From NCBI GenBank assembly GCA_051294375.1, contig CM119271.1, positions 3,255,061 to 3,319,060 of the forward strand: a stretch of 64,000 nucleotides of DNA, given 5' to 3'. Below the pieces are notes generated by a model that saw only the letters and a program-made list of their open reading frames with translations, did no database searches and had not been told where the DNA came from. This DNA is from Paraspadella gotoi. Taxonomy: Eukaryota; Animalia; Chaetognatha. Positions 52,801 to 64,000 of this stretch are shown here, piece by piece; positions within the stretch are counted from its first letter, which is position 1, and each line of letters begins with the position of its first letter. The position numbers were made by a program, and so were the translations under genes.

Positions 52801-55800
52801 TATTTGAACGTCCGTACACGGGGTTTTAGTAGTATCATTCTCTTTAATAAAATTAACTTCGATTTTGCAGCTGGCATTCAAAAAGTTTCCCGTAATGGTT
52901 ATCTTTGTTCCCGCGCCTCCCGATGACGGCGAGGTCGAATTAACCACGGGAGTTCTAGCATCAGAAAACTCGTATTGGTTTGTTGCAATTTGGGAGGCGG
53001 CTCTTGGCGAAGAAACCTCTATCTGGACGACAGTATCATCTGGCACATTTAAATCCGGAACAACACAGCGTATTTGATTAGAGGTAACTTCGGTGATGAT
53101 ACAAGTCACGCGGGAACTGAAGAAAAAGTGATAATTTTTTTTATGAAAATTGCAAAATTACTTGTTTCACTATTCTAAATCTTAGATTTTATAATATTCA
53201 TTAAAATTATGAAATAGTAAGTACTAAGTAGTTACAACTAAAAATTAAATTTTTCCGTAAAGTAAGGTAAAAAAAGAAGATGAAAAAGCAGTGTTGAAAA
53301 TGTTAAGAAAAAATTATTGTACAAAAAATTTTAATATATTATAATTGCATAATTGTACATATACATGCATGTTTTATCTTTTCATAATGGAGAGAATTGC
53401 ACAACAGAAACAACACTGATAAAGCGATGACGGCTTAGCAATTAAGTCGAAATCTTAGGAAAAAAAATTGTTTGATTTGCAAATTTTCCTCTATTATGAA
53501 AATATACTCTTATGGAACAATTCTTTTGCTCTGTGCGAAAATATTTTAAAAGAGAGTAAAAGTGAAAGAAGTAATAGTACAAAAAAATTTTTGCTAAACT
53601 TTTATTTTGTTAACTTTATCAAGAACACTTATATAACAATAACAAAACTTCAAGAAGCACCAAGTAGGAGATGTTGCGCCGAATTACAAAAAAAATATCT
53701 TCACGGGTATGCATGCATGATTCAAACAACTAAATGAGTAGATCACTACCTTAAAATTGTAAAAAGTTTTACAGATTTGGTCTTGAGAGAGAGAGAGACA
53801 AAAAGGTTTTCAACAAAGAATTAAGAAAAAAAAACAGTGATAAAGTAAGAACTTTACTATCCGAATTTCAATTTTTTGTTGGAAACCTTTCTCTTTTCCT
53901 TATCTCAAAGCTAAATCAGTAATTTTTTTTATAATTTTAAAGTAATATTCTAGTTGTTCTGTTGATTGAGTGTTATATGAACGTCGCATTTATTTGATAT
54001 ATATTTGAATTTTAAATTGATCACGTGACTGCAGTATGAAGTATGAAATGTAAGCAAATCAAGCATTTCATAATCTATTACCTTACTATAAAATATTAAC
54101 TTAATTCATTTAAAATTTAAGTGGGACAGACTGACAAAAAAGGGGTCTTAAATAGAGTTGCTTCGCAACTACTCGCGGGGCCTAAAAAAAAACATTAGGA
54201 AACATTGTCACTAACCTTGATCTCCTTCGACCGAAGTTAAGCTCAACTATAGTTTCCGAATCAAATCCGCTCCCGACGAAAGAAATAACAGTTCCTCCCA
54301 AAAGGCTACCGGACTGTGGTTCAACTCTTCGCACGACTAAATCGCTCGCGAAGCTTTTCCCGTCTTCGTTTTTCCCATCACCCAAGTCTGGAATAGTCAA
54401 GCGAACCACGTCACTTCCGGCGGGAACGTTCTCAACCAAGCAGACGATCGTGTCGTTCGTAATTACGAACGCGGGTTGGCAGGGGTGAGCTCCGATCCAA
54501 ACGAAAACCGGATCAGAGTCGAAGTTCTTCCCGGCGATGGTGAGATTAAAACTTTCACCCGAGAAAGAGTAGTTGCTGAGACCGAGAATCGTGGGTGTTT
54601 TGGCCAGACTGTAATTATATTTGCATTGGGTGGAAGCGTTGGCGCAATTGGCATCAAAGTCATTGACCTTCAGTTCAACGAGCGCTTCCCGTTCACTATT
54701 AATTTTGGGCGTGACGAATCGCAGCGAGGTGTAACTTTGTTCCTCGATAGTCGCTGAAACTCCATCGACTACAACCAAAGTATCGTCTTCCACGAACCCA
54801 TGCCCGTAAAGAGTCACTTTAGCGTTTCCCATTACGGAGCCTTCGCTCAAACTCAACCAATCAATAACGGGCAGAAGCACGAATGATCTCAGCTCTACCG
54901 ACTTGGCCGCCTTCAAGGCGTAGCCCGTGTTGTTGTGATTAACCTCGACCTCCAAGTAGGAGCCGATCGGAGGTCCTTCCGAGTCGAGATGACACGTAAT
55001 TACTGTCTCGTTTACGGTTACAACGGTGCAGTCGTATCCTCCGAAGGTGACGGAAATTTTCGAAGGAGAATCTTGAAAACCGGTGCCGGCGATCGTGATA
55101 AGCTGGTGGTAATTTCCCTGTCTGGGACTGACGGAGTGCACTACGGGAGTTGAGAGCGGAGAGAGGGTAAACTGAAGATACTCCGGTACCGTCGCATTTC
55201 CTAATGCGCAGGCGTAATCTTTGAAAGAGGGAGAGTCGGGGGAAGCGAAAATCGCCTCGATTCCATCGGCAATCAAACTCACTGCGACCGACCTTACCGT
55301 CAAATTCTTAACCTTGACGACTCCGTCCATTTGGGGCAATTCTGTTCCGGAAGAAAATTTATAGGCGCCCGCTTGGCCCATTTTTGCCCTAAATACGTCG
55401 CTCACCCGCGGCCTAAGGCTGTCAAAGGAGCCGTCCCCGTTTTCAGGGTCATCTACGTCATAACTCGGAACGGAAAAAATTTGGATCCGTTTGTTGATGC
55501 CGCTCCATCTCCACTCAACCTCATCGCCGGCGAAAACCTCTAGCGAGACTGGTTTCCAGTCAGACTCGTCGTTAATAAACTCGTGCCTCGATGACGATGA
55601 CCTTGTGATTGCCGTGATTTTGTTCCGAGTACAATCTTTCAAATCAGCAAGTGTATCCCCGATCCTAAGTTCGAGAGAGCTGCAGTTTACGGGAAACCCA
55701 GAACCATGAATTTCGACGGTTGTCCCGCCAAAAAAAGACCCCGTGTCGGGCGAGATGGATGAAACTGCGAAATCGTAGTTGACGGTAGAGACGTTATAAG

Positions 55801-57111
55801 TCGAAATATCCGCGTAGCCTTGCGCCTCGCTGATGAGCACGAACAGTTGGTAACATCCCGTCCTTAACTTCGGCAGTTTCACCTCCACGAGCGTGTCATT
55901 CCACGAAACTATTTCGGCCGATACGTCGCCGATTTTGACGGAATCGTTGGACGGGGCGTTCGATCCGAGATTATCACCGCGAATCGAAATTATCTCTCCT
56001 CCTAAAGCTTGAAAAGGACCCAATGGAGTAAATTCGTAGATCTTGGGAGTGAGTGTGTTTGTGTAAGAAAACTGAAGGAGAGGAGAAGGAATAATTTCCG
56101 ATGAATTTTCGTGATTTTCGGCCGAAATGCTCACGTTGGCCAAGAAGTCGTGAGGAAAATCAGGAGTCCAACATTTGATCGTCGTATAATTGACATAATG
56201 GACGTCACACGATTTCCCACTGAAATGCACCAAAACGTGACTGGGGAAACCAAAGCCTGATATAACTACTGCCTGTCCACCGCCCGTGCTCCCAATTGTT
56301 GGCGCCAAATGAAGGGCTTCGGATTCGTAAGTGAAATTGTTATTAGGGGGGACGTGTATCGCTTCGCCGATGCCATAGACGAAGACTCTGACGGGGAAAG
56401 GTCCGCCGAATCCTTCCCCGACGAGGCAGGTCACCCTCGAGTCGTTCGACTTTTCCGGCAGAACCACGCAGGCAATGCCGTTAATCTCCACGCCCATTTT
56501 GGAAGCATTGGCGTCAAAACGGCGTCCCGTCACGACGAGCTCTGTGCTGCTGTTCCCGCGATCCGGTGTCAACGAGTCGACGATGGGTGTGATCGATTCG
56601 TCGTAGCGGAAACCGCAGTCGCCATCCTCGATGCAAGAGGAAACGATTTCGTTGGCGAAAACTTGCACCTGGGGGACCTCGTGCACGGTTCGAGTCAACT
56701 CATTGGGCAAGAAATGGTAGTAGATGCTGCCCACAGTTTGCGGCTTGGACTCGACCGACGCATCGTAACCCGTCACCGCCATAGAGTTAGTAATATTGAC
56801 GTGGGCCTTCTCGCCTCCGCTGTCGAAGCTAATTCTCAGGCGTTTCTCGGCGCAGACTGGCATCCCCGTCACGCTTTCAAGCGTGACCGTCACTTTGCCT
56901 GTGTCCGCTTCCACAAGTAACCTATGAAACAGTGGTTCGGGAAAAAGAAAAATATTTTTAGTTGTTGAGACAATACATTGTGAAAAGTCGATTGACAAAA
57001 AGGGAAGGAAGGAAGGAAGGAAGAAGGAGGAAGGAAGGAAGGAAGGAAGGAAGGAAGAAGGAAGGAAGGAGGAAGAAGGAAGGAAGGAAGAAGGAAGGAA
57101 GGAAGGAAGGA

Positions 57112-57151
<40 letters not shown>

Positions 57152-60100
57152 AAATAGCAGGAAAAAAAAACATGAGAGTCAAATTAGATAAAAAATTTTA
57201 AAAATTCTACTCCTACGTTTGAGCTAAGTCTTCGGGGCTGATGCTGACGGGGATTCCGTTCACTTGTTTGCCTTCGTACGAAAGATCGAAAGTTCCGCCG
57301 ATAGGCGGCGCAGCGGCCACGAGTCGGGTAACCTTGACGACTGTGGGCGATGACGCCGGCTTAAACGAAGTAAGTATAAGTATATCGAAATTAATTATCG
57401 AACCAATATTAAAACAAGACGTACACCAGACCTGAATAAACTTACCGGGTCGAACCGCGACACGAGCAGCGGCGGCGTCTGACACAATCTGGGCGTCATG
57501 GTAACGTTGAACTCCAAGTCGTTGGCGTCCGAGTTAACGACGGTGACGTTGACCTCGACCACGTGATCGACGGCGCGATGTAAGATGGACGAGAGCAGCG
57601 TCGAATTCGTTTCTAGCGGAAAAAAAAAAGAAAACAAAATGTGGATTGGGTGGTATATTCACACCGCCTCACATCTACCATCGTTCAGCCAATCCCATTG
57701 GCACCATCCCAAGCGTTGCGTTCCATTCCACACAGTCCTAACGACTTCCCTCTGCGTTGGCAAAGCGAGACCGTCCTAGGGTAACCGCGCCAGCGATTGG
57801 AGGCGTCACTGAGGGTCGGAAGACCCCCCCCAAAGCCAACAGTGATATGCCCCATCCCAAATGGGCATCACAGGCAACCCGACTGTTGCCGTAAGGTATC
57901 AATTATTCATTTACAGAAAAAAATTTTAACAAGGAAAATACTTTTTTTGTATTATGCTGAAGAATAGTAAGATAATTATACTTTCACTCGCGTCCATGGG
58001 GCTCTCGTAGTAAGTGGGTCGGTCGCAAATGTGCAAACTGTCGACGAGGATTTCGTCGCGTCGCGGGTCCCAACTGACGAGCCGAATGCGATGAACTTGC
58101 ACGGACGACAGTTGGTCAGTGTATCGTTCTAACTTTTGGGCCAGATCGACGCAGCGATAGACCCAACTGAAAACAAGTTTGAGCAAACAATTGATTAATT
58201 TGATCTGAACGGTTTGTTTTTAGGTCTTATGACCACGACAAAAGCAGCGATGACTACGATGGCGACGACGACAATAATACCGATAACGATTGACCTGATT
58301 GATTGATTGATTAAATAATTAATTTATTGATAAATAAGTTGATTGATTGAATAATTAATTAATAGTTAAATAAATTGATTTATTGAATAATAAATTGAAT
58401 GATTAATTGACTGATTAATTAATTATTGATTAATTAATTAACTGATTATTTATTTGATTAATTAATACATACTGCATTTACATTTAATATAAAAAGAAAA
58501 AAAGCATAATCAATTAGTGAAATAGGTTTTTTGTTTTTTACATTTAAACTCATTTCCACTAAAACGATTCCATCGAAACTAAATTTCCAGCTTATAATAA
58601 CATACTTTCCTACCCACATAAAAAATTCAAGTCAATTGCCCCATCCACTCACGAGTAATTGGCATTCAAATAGTGAAATATATTTTTTTGTTTTTTCCAA
58701 TTCCACTTGCACGATTGTATTGAAACTTTATATCCAGCTCAATCACACACTTCCCTACCCACACACAAAATTTCATTTCAATCCATCCATAAATCCATCC
58801 ATAAATCTCATTAAGTCAACCTTTTGGAGGCCCCCCGACATCCGCGCTTCTCTTCCTCCTTCGGAACTGCCTCTCACTGAGATCATGGACGAAGGGGTCA
58901 TCATTCTTGGCGCGCCCGTTGGTTCGGCCTCTTTCTGTCAGCTTACCCTCAAAGAGCGGGTTCTAAAACTCTCGGCTTTTTGTCCAACCTTGAATCCTTG
59001 GGTGACCCCAAGTTGCTTATGCCCTGCTTTGCAGCTGCTTCGGAACACCAAAGTTTTCTTACACCCTAAGAACTGTAGCTCCTCACCTTAGCTCCAACCT
59101 AGCCATTCTTTTCGATGAATCTCAATGCTCCTCTCTCGCTTCCATCCTTGGATGCTCGTTCTCACTCTCAGATCCTCAATGGGACCTTTCTTCCTTACCC
59201 GTCTCCCTGGGCGGCTTGGGAATACGCAGCGCCCATGCCCACAGCGCTCCGGCCTTTGTCTCCTCCATCTTGCAGACCAAGTCACTCGTAGATCGACTGG
59301 TTTTGCCCCTCATCTGTCAGCGAGACCACACTCAGGCCTTAGAGCTCCTATCCAACCTTTCCGCCGGAGCCTCCTCTCCTCCACCTGCTCAGCTTGATGC
59401 CTCAATCACCCAAAAATACCTTTCCCGACGTGTGGACGAAGCTAGGCTGAAAAACCTCAAGTCAAAGGTCCTGGATGAGCGTTTTCGAGCCGTCCTCCAA
59501 TCCGTCAGCCTGTCCAGAACTGGAGACTTCCTCAATGTCATCCCTTCTCCTGCCCTTGGCTTGCGCCCTACCTCCCAAATCTTTCATCATGGCTGTCAAA
59601 TACCGTTTGGGGCTTCCCATCTTTCCAGCTCCTGGTCCCTGCTTATCCTGTGACAGACCTTCCGACATCTATGGAGACCACGCCATTTCAGCTTGCTCCT
59701 CTACTGGAGACAAAATTCGCCGTCATAACCTCCTTCGGGATGCCATTGTCTCGACTGCTTCAGCAGCCCTACTTGCGCCCACCAAAGAAGAAAGGAACCT
59801 GGCGGATGATGCCTCTAGACCAGGGGATTTCACAATCCGTGGTTGGAAAAAGTGTCGGAACAAGACCACCACAGCCTTTGATGTTACTGTCACCTCTCCC
59901 CTTCGCCAGGACTGTTTTGGTCATACCATCCTCAACCCACCTACGCCCTGGAACGAGCTCGCCAGGCCAAACATGCTAAGTACGAAGGCAACTGCCGGCC
60001 GACGTTGGCTTCATCCCTCTGGTTGTTACTACCTTCGGGGCATGGGACCTGGATGCTTTCTCAAACTTAAAAGATTTCGCCAAACTCCAAGCAACGAATG

Positions 60101-60944
60101 CAGGCTTAGATATCGGCAAAACATCTAAGCACTTTTTTGAGAGACTTTCTGTCTGCCTTCAGCGCGAGAACGGGGACCTGCTCGCTTCCCGAAGTCCCGT
60201 GATTGAGTTGCCGTCTCATGTGGACGGAGTTGCTTGACTTTGTCTCCCGATCTCTTCTTCTTTTTCATTTTTATCTTCCCCTTATTTGTTCTCGTTTATT
60301 GTTGACATAAGTTATTTTTGCAACCATTCCCGCAATTATTTGTTTGCTCTGTTTTCTTTTCAGAAAAAAAAAAAAAAAAAAAAATCCATCCATCCAATCA
60401 CGAGTAATTGTATTTTTTTGCTAAGGGGGGACGGATGGACAGACGGACTGATGGACGGACATCATTTTTTTGGCATAATTTATCATAATTCGATGTTCTG
60501 ACCGACAAGATTGAGGGGGCGGACCAACAAAGGGGATTATTGAGTCGGGATCTGCTGTAAGCAGATCCGACTAAAAATTATTGATACGATAACCAATTAT
60601 TGATACAATGATGATTGAATATTGATGCGATGATAACCAAATGATTGATGTAATGATAACCAAATAATGTATGCGATGATAGTCATTCATCGATGCGATG
60701 ATAATAATTCATTGACGCAATGATAGTCATTCAATGATCCGATGATAATCATTCACTGATGCAAAGAAAGTCATTCACTGATGCGAAGAAAGTCATTCAT
60801 TGATGCGATGACAGTCATTCATTGATGCTATGATAGTCATTCATTGACACGATGAAAGTCATTCATCGTAAATAAAACAAACAAATGAGTGAGAGAGAGA
60901 TATATTTTTTTATTTGATTTGATTTATTATGCTCAAAATGTGAA

Positions 60945-61032
<88 letters not shown>

Positions 61033-64000
61033 GCTAGACGGCCACTGCAGAGCGAACTCGTTTTTAGACATATCAGAAAAAGCTGCGACGGAAGAAAAAA
61101 GAGAGAGAGCGATATATAATTAAAAGAGAGAGACAAATAGTATTGGAAATACTCCCAGACTTTGCGGAAAAGTATGGATTGTTTTCATAGCAAATAACTA
61201 AACCTGTATTTCGGATAGTTTCTAAAGTCGATTCCGAGCCATCGCCATTTATTGTTTTGATTTCTCCGATTTTTGTCCATGTAAGTCATTTCGAACTGCA
61301 GGTCCACAATGATGCCCTTGTAGGCGAAGCAAAAATACTGGTATGTGTTTGGTCTAAAAATTAAAAAAAAAAAATTACGGAGCTACGACGGAGTTGCGAG
61401 CTCGAAATCGTCATTTCAAAATGGCCGTACTTGAAAGACAACTTGTGATTTTCGTGATTTCCATAAATGTGAAAATACCAGTTTTTGTTTCTCAGGCTTT
61501 TTTTACCGCAGAAGGAATCTTCGTCAGTTACGTATTCGTCGTACCGCGAATCTTTCACGTATTCTGTCACCAAAAAAAAATATTATTTGAGAAGTAATAA
61601 GTTTGAAATTCACCCCGTGTATTGATATAAAATCCAAAAGATTAAGACGAGCAAGTGGTAAAAAAAAAAAAAGGGATGTTAAAAACCTTCGTATCCTTCC
61701 ACGTTATAGTCGTTGTTGTAGCCTTCGATCTCTGAACCGAATCCCGGGAAACACTTAGCGCCCAACGACTGAGGGTTTTCGATCTCTGGCGGACACCGGG
61801 TCGTCAAGAGATCGTCCAGGGCGGTTTGAAGATCGGACTCCATGCCCGACCTCACCGTCACGGGTTCCGCGTCTACGCCTAGATCGGTAAAGACGACCCC
61901 GTCAAGACCCGAAGTGACGCCAAAACTTTTTTTTTTTTCGTTTTAAATTTCGTAACTTGTCATTACGGATTACCGTTCAAAGAAAAGGTGACGGTGTCCA
62001 TTTTTGACACGCCCTCTTGAGTCTTGGTTACCGTGGAGGAACCGTCGGTACCCGAGACATCTTCGAACTCCACTTGGATCAACTCGAAAGCCCCTGATAG
62101 GATTTAATGACAGGATGACATTCGTGTTTTGGCCGACAAGAAATGAAAAGTAGCTGATTAAAGTTAAAACAAAACAAAAAGAAAAAAAAGAAAAGCTAGA
62201 AAAAAAAGAAGAAAAGAGCCTCGCCTCTCTTCGAGTCAAATTTGACGACGAAAGATTCCGTGACGAATTCTGGAGAAACGTCCGTCGAAGCCGACGGCGC
62301 CGCCGTGTGAGTCGTCACGATCACGTGATCCGGTTTCACGGATCGAAGGGAGTTGAGGGCGGATTGGACTTGGTCTTTCGGGGACTTCCCAGCGCACAAA
62401 GGGACTTAATATGAATACCAATTTCATACAAGAGTCAGTTTTAGCATCATAGACACAGAAAACTAATAACAACAACAATTTCAACCTCGTGAATCGATCA
62501 CAAAACTATTTCGTGGTCACTTTACCCGACCATTGTTTATTCTCATATTATTTTACTTTTATGCCTTTTTTACTGTTTTTACTTTATTACATTTACTTTT
62601 TCTAATTTGAAACTTTTTTTCAATTTTATAAATATAATTTTTAAATCTCAGCTCTTAATTTTAATCATCTTGTCTAAATTTTTTATACGTAAACACTTTT
62701 TAGAACCCTGAGATATGCAACAAAATATCGACTTTAACTTTCTAAAGGAAATGGAATCGCCGAATCCTAAATTGGTCAAGACGGAACCGGAATCGACCAA
62801 TCAGCTCGCAGAATCAGTAAATGCTACACCTGTCTTTTGGCCGTTGACGGAGAGCGAATATCGAATGCATAACAAATCGCTTTTGGCGTCGAAAGTCACG
62901 TCGACTTTTTGTATGTCTTTCACCGACGGCGAATGTGAAATCCAGTTGGTGATTTTGATGCTTTGAGTTTCGTTTCTTAGTTGGGACTTGAAGTGAATCC
63001 GTTGAGAGTCGTGATGCCTGCCAGATGAAAAAAAAAATCAAATAAGCATTAAACATCATGCGTACGTAAGTACGTAAAAAAATTTACATGCTTTTCCTAT
63101 TATGGAAGTTTATACGAAAGCTTTAATTAATTAATTAGTTTTGGTAGCGAAATACGGACGCTAAGCCGTAAGGCGTTCGTTTTAGAACAATAAAATTTTA
63201 AAAGTGACCCGTCTTTCCATTCAAGCTTCCAAATTTTTTAAAAGATCCTTCAAACCACGCTACTTATCCTCCAATTCACTTATTCTCCCAATCAATTGGC
63301 AAAACCGACCCTGTTTGAACTTGTTCCGGAAGTATCGTCGTATTGGTAGCGCGTACAACGAGTCCCACGTGGCTTCCACCACTTCCTTGATGATGCGTCA
63401 TCACTAACAAAACTCTGAGAAGAAAAAAAAATCAAAATTTAAATTTTTTTAAAAAAAAATAATTATTTTAATTAATTATTTAAAATTTTTAAAAATTTTT
63501 AAATTTGAGTTTAAGGTTTGGGTTAAGGATTATGTTAAGGATTAGGGTAAAGATAAGAATTAGGTTGATGACTATGGTTGAAGGTTAAGGATTAGGGTTA
63601 AGGAATAGAGTTAGGATTAAGGGTTAGGGTTAAGGATTAGAGTTAGGATTAAGGATTAGGGTTAAGGATTAGAGTTAGGTCTAAGAATTAGGGTTAAGGA
63701 TTAGAGTTAGGATTAAGGATTAGGTTTAAGGATTAGGATTAAGGATTAGGGTTAAGGATTAGAGTTAGGTTTAAGGATAAGGGTTAAGGATTAGCGTTCG
63801 AAATCCCTTACTCCTCATCCTTTGTCATTTCTATGAATGGAGATCTGATTCCTACGCGGTTGTCCATAACGTTGCTCGTCCATCCAGAATTGTAGGCGAT
63901 GATATCCTGAACGAAATTTCAAAGTTGAATAGAAAAAAAATCAACGACCAAACCAGCCCGAGCGCGAGTCTCGTGTCTCGTCAGCCACGCATTCACCTTC
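28157..64000 (-). CDS. PKHD1L1: Fibrocystin-L / PKHD1L1-like gene, paralog B (5' end outside the window; stop TGA at 28157-28159)
   Basis: Large exons 54216-56921 and 48483-53116 plus many small GT-AG exons collinear with paralog A, e.g. 40546-40689 DMTCDAMRQLLINDEDG, ~37717-37866 DYVYLVNGPQDHGWCFGYTCQKRISTF, 36299-36470 VSFNMPAVTVDEFFGENIINNIALFL. TM exon 31171-31303 (GLIAGIVIIVILAVVIIAVFVYFYWKKKK). Confidence 0.92.
33529..34160 (+). mobile_element. TRIM-like miniature LTR element (direct repeats 33529-33791 and 33971-34160)
   Basis: Two direct repeats. The second begins TG immediately after the polypurine tract GGGAGGGGGGGA and ends CA. The ~180 bp internal region is non-coding and has TGGCGACG/TGGTGACG PBS-like motifs. 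Confidence 0.55.
34907..35664. mobile_element. MITE with ~40-bp terminal inverted repeats
   Basis: Left acatataccccgtgtccgttcgtgagtgacaccaaaaaaaat; right attttttttggtgtcactcgcgaacggacatggtttatgt; AT-rich interior. Confidence 0.75.
36945..37518. mobile_element. HINE/DINE-1-like family 1 copy
   Basis: Same core, GGAC/AGAC repeat, and hairpin at 37483-37513. Confidence 0.75.
38795..40106. mobile_element. HINE/DINE-1-like family 1 copy with an internal ~0.5 kb insertion
   Basis: Left end aacaagtttgagcaaacaatgtcggatctgc, whose sub-terminal IR gtcggatctgc pairs with gcagatccgac at ~40091-40101. Confidence 0.75.
39389..39490. repeat. 20-bp tandem repeat
   Basis: Tandem cgtttgtcctcgcttattca units. 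Confidence 0.8.
41549..41582 (+). pseudogene. 3' half of a tRNA-Leu-like sequence with encoded CCA (retroposed fragment)
   Basis: ggaggcgtgggttcgaatctcacggctgcca-cca followed by (TAAG)n; no 5' half, so no cloverleaf. Confidence 0.55.
42433..43177. mobile_element. HINE/DINE-1-like family 1 copy
   Basis: Left sub-TIR gtcggatctgc at ~42451; right hairpin gatctgctgtaagcagatc at ~43146-43164. Confidence 0.75.
43223..43405 (+). mobile_element. Short interspersed repeat carrying a twister-ribozyme motif (copy 1)
   Basis: Highly similar to 57659-57889 and partly to 45950-46030. Confidence 0.7.
43297..43376 (+). ncRNA. Twister ribozyme-like motif, type-P5 permutation
   Basis: tgttggc(P5)..gcga-GA-..-UAA-CCGC-GCC-agtggc/gccact(P3)-G-AGGGUCAGAAGCCCCU(P4/L4)-AAA-gcaaaca(P5); matches the twister core layout. 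Confidence 0.65.
44981..45105. mobile_element. Palindromic fold-back MITE (~125 bp)
   Basis: cagtgctgag...accatgcattcaaaccatttggctgg.tcatttttc / gaaaaatga.ccagccaaatggtttgaatgcatggt...ctcagcactg. Confidence 0.75.
46934..46976 (+). ncRNA. Minimal type I hammerhead ribozyme motif (Penelope-like terminal repeat remnant)
   Basis: aacg-CTGATGA-a-ggc(loop)gcc-GAAA-cac-GTC-cgtt: stem I aacg/cgtt, stem II ggc/gcc, minimal stem III. A degenerate copy lies on the minus strand at 9377-9420. Confidence 0.65.
47281..47990. mobile_element. HINE/DINE-1-like family 1 copy, inverted orientation
   Basis: Reverse complement of the other copies (tttttagtcggatctgct..., GTCY repeats, gtgtgtgggtag core). Confidence 0.75.
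48483..53116 (-). CDS. PKHD1L1: Giant (~4.6 kb) exon of paralog B: IPT repeats, G8, PbH1, G8
   Basis: 1550-aa ORF with DVWSSPYTWG, AEVGLLTRNI, GQAFRLGRYPIHFH and NDDITPAAFW; same boundaries as the giant exon of paralog A. Confidence 0.95.
53140..54192. mobile_element. Second HINE-like family; related ends at ~1065-1161, ~2155-2200 and ~37940-38015
   Basis: Shared taagtgggacagac...tatagagttgct(c/t)cgc.. hairpin plus A-run terminus, and a shared tttatgaaaattgcaaattacttgtttcactat block. Confidence 0.5.
54216..56921 (-). CDS. PKHD1L1: 2.7 kb exon of paralog B, IPT/TIG repeats
   Basis: 938-aa ORF 54182-56998; TAG acceptor at 56922 and GTTAGT donor at 54215. Confidence 0.92.
57659..57889 (+). mobile_element. 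Short interspersed repeat with twister motif (copy 2; motif at 57756-57840)
   Basis: gttggc..gcga-GA-CC-g-tcctaggg-UAA-CCGC-GCC...GAGGGUCGGAAG..CCCC-AAA-gccaac. Confidence 0.65.
58171..60577. mobile_element. HINE/DINE-1-like non-autonomous Helentron element (family 1), split by the LINE
   Basis: AACAAG terminus, AT-rich TTAA repeats, conserved core (acacacttccctacccacacacaaaatttca), GGAC/AGAC microsatellite and terminal hairpin gtcgggatctgct..agcagatccgact followed by an A-run. Confidence 0.75.
58791..60384 (+). mobile_element. 5'-truncated, frameshifted non-LTR retrotransposon of the RLE type (CRE-like)
   Basis: RT C-terminal/thumb motifs (ILGAPVGS, SLPVSLGGLGIRS), CCHC finger (CLSCDRPSDIYGDHAISAC), RHNLLRD and endonuclease RPGD...AFDVTVTSP. 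T-rich 3'UTR, poly(A) at 60364-60384, TSD aatccatccat at 58780-58790 and 60383-60393. Confidence 0.88.
60580..60870. repeat. ~22-bp minisatellite
   Basis: Tandem gatgcgatgatagtcattcatt-like units. Confidence 0.8.
63510..63795 (+). repeat. Degenerate telomere-like (TTAGGG/TTAAGGA/TTAGAG) minisatellite
   Basis: Repeated ttagggttaaggattagag units; a more decayed tract lies at 20267-20440. Confidence 0.8.

Noticed and set aside
60580-60870. Regularly spaced repeats as a possible CRISPR array
   Set aside because: Contiguous tandem units with no unique spacers, in a eukaryotic intron with no cas genes.

Overview
AT-rich eukaryotic (invertebrate animal) genomic DNA, with no prokaryotic features. 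Almost the whole window is two head-to-tail, minus-strand, multi-exon paralogs of fibrocystin-L/PKHD1L1 (IPT/TIG repeats, PA14, two G8 + PbH1 beta-helix regions). Paralog A starts at 26914 with a signal peptide and runs off the left edge. Paralog B enters from the right edge and ends at 28157, after a TM helix and an unusually long (~400 aa) cytoplasmic tail ending in a CxC...FCSxxC zinc finger. A plus-strand C-type-lectin/SRCR gene is nested in an intron of paralog A, and its third CTLD appears to carry an SRCR domain inserted inside it. Introns hold HINE/DINE-1-like elements, a 5'-truncated CRE-like RLE retrotransposon with poly(A) and TSD, MITEs, a TRIM-like element with tRNA-like LTRs, SINE-like repeats carrying circularly permuted twister-ribozyme motifs, a minimal Penelope-type hammerhead motif and many SSRs. 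All exon boundaries were read by eye and need RNA-seq confirmation.
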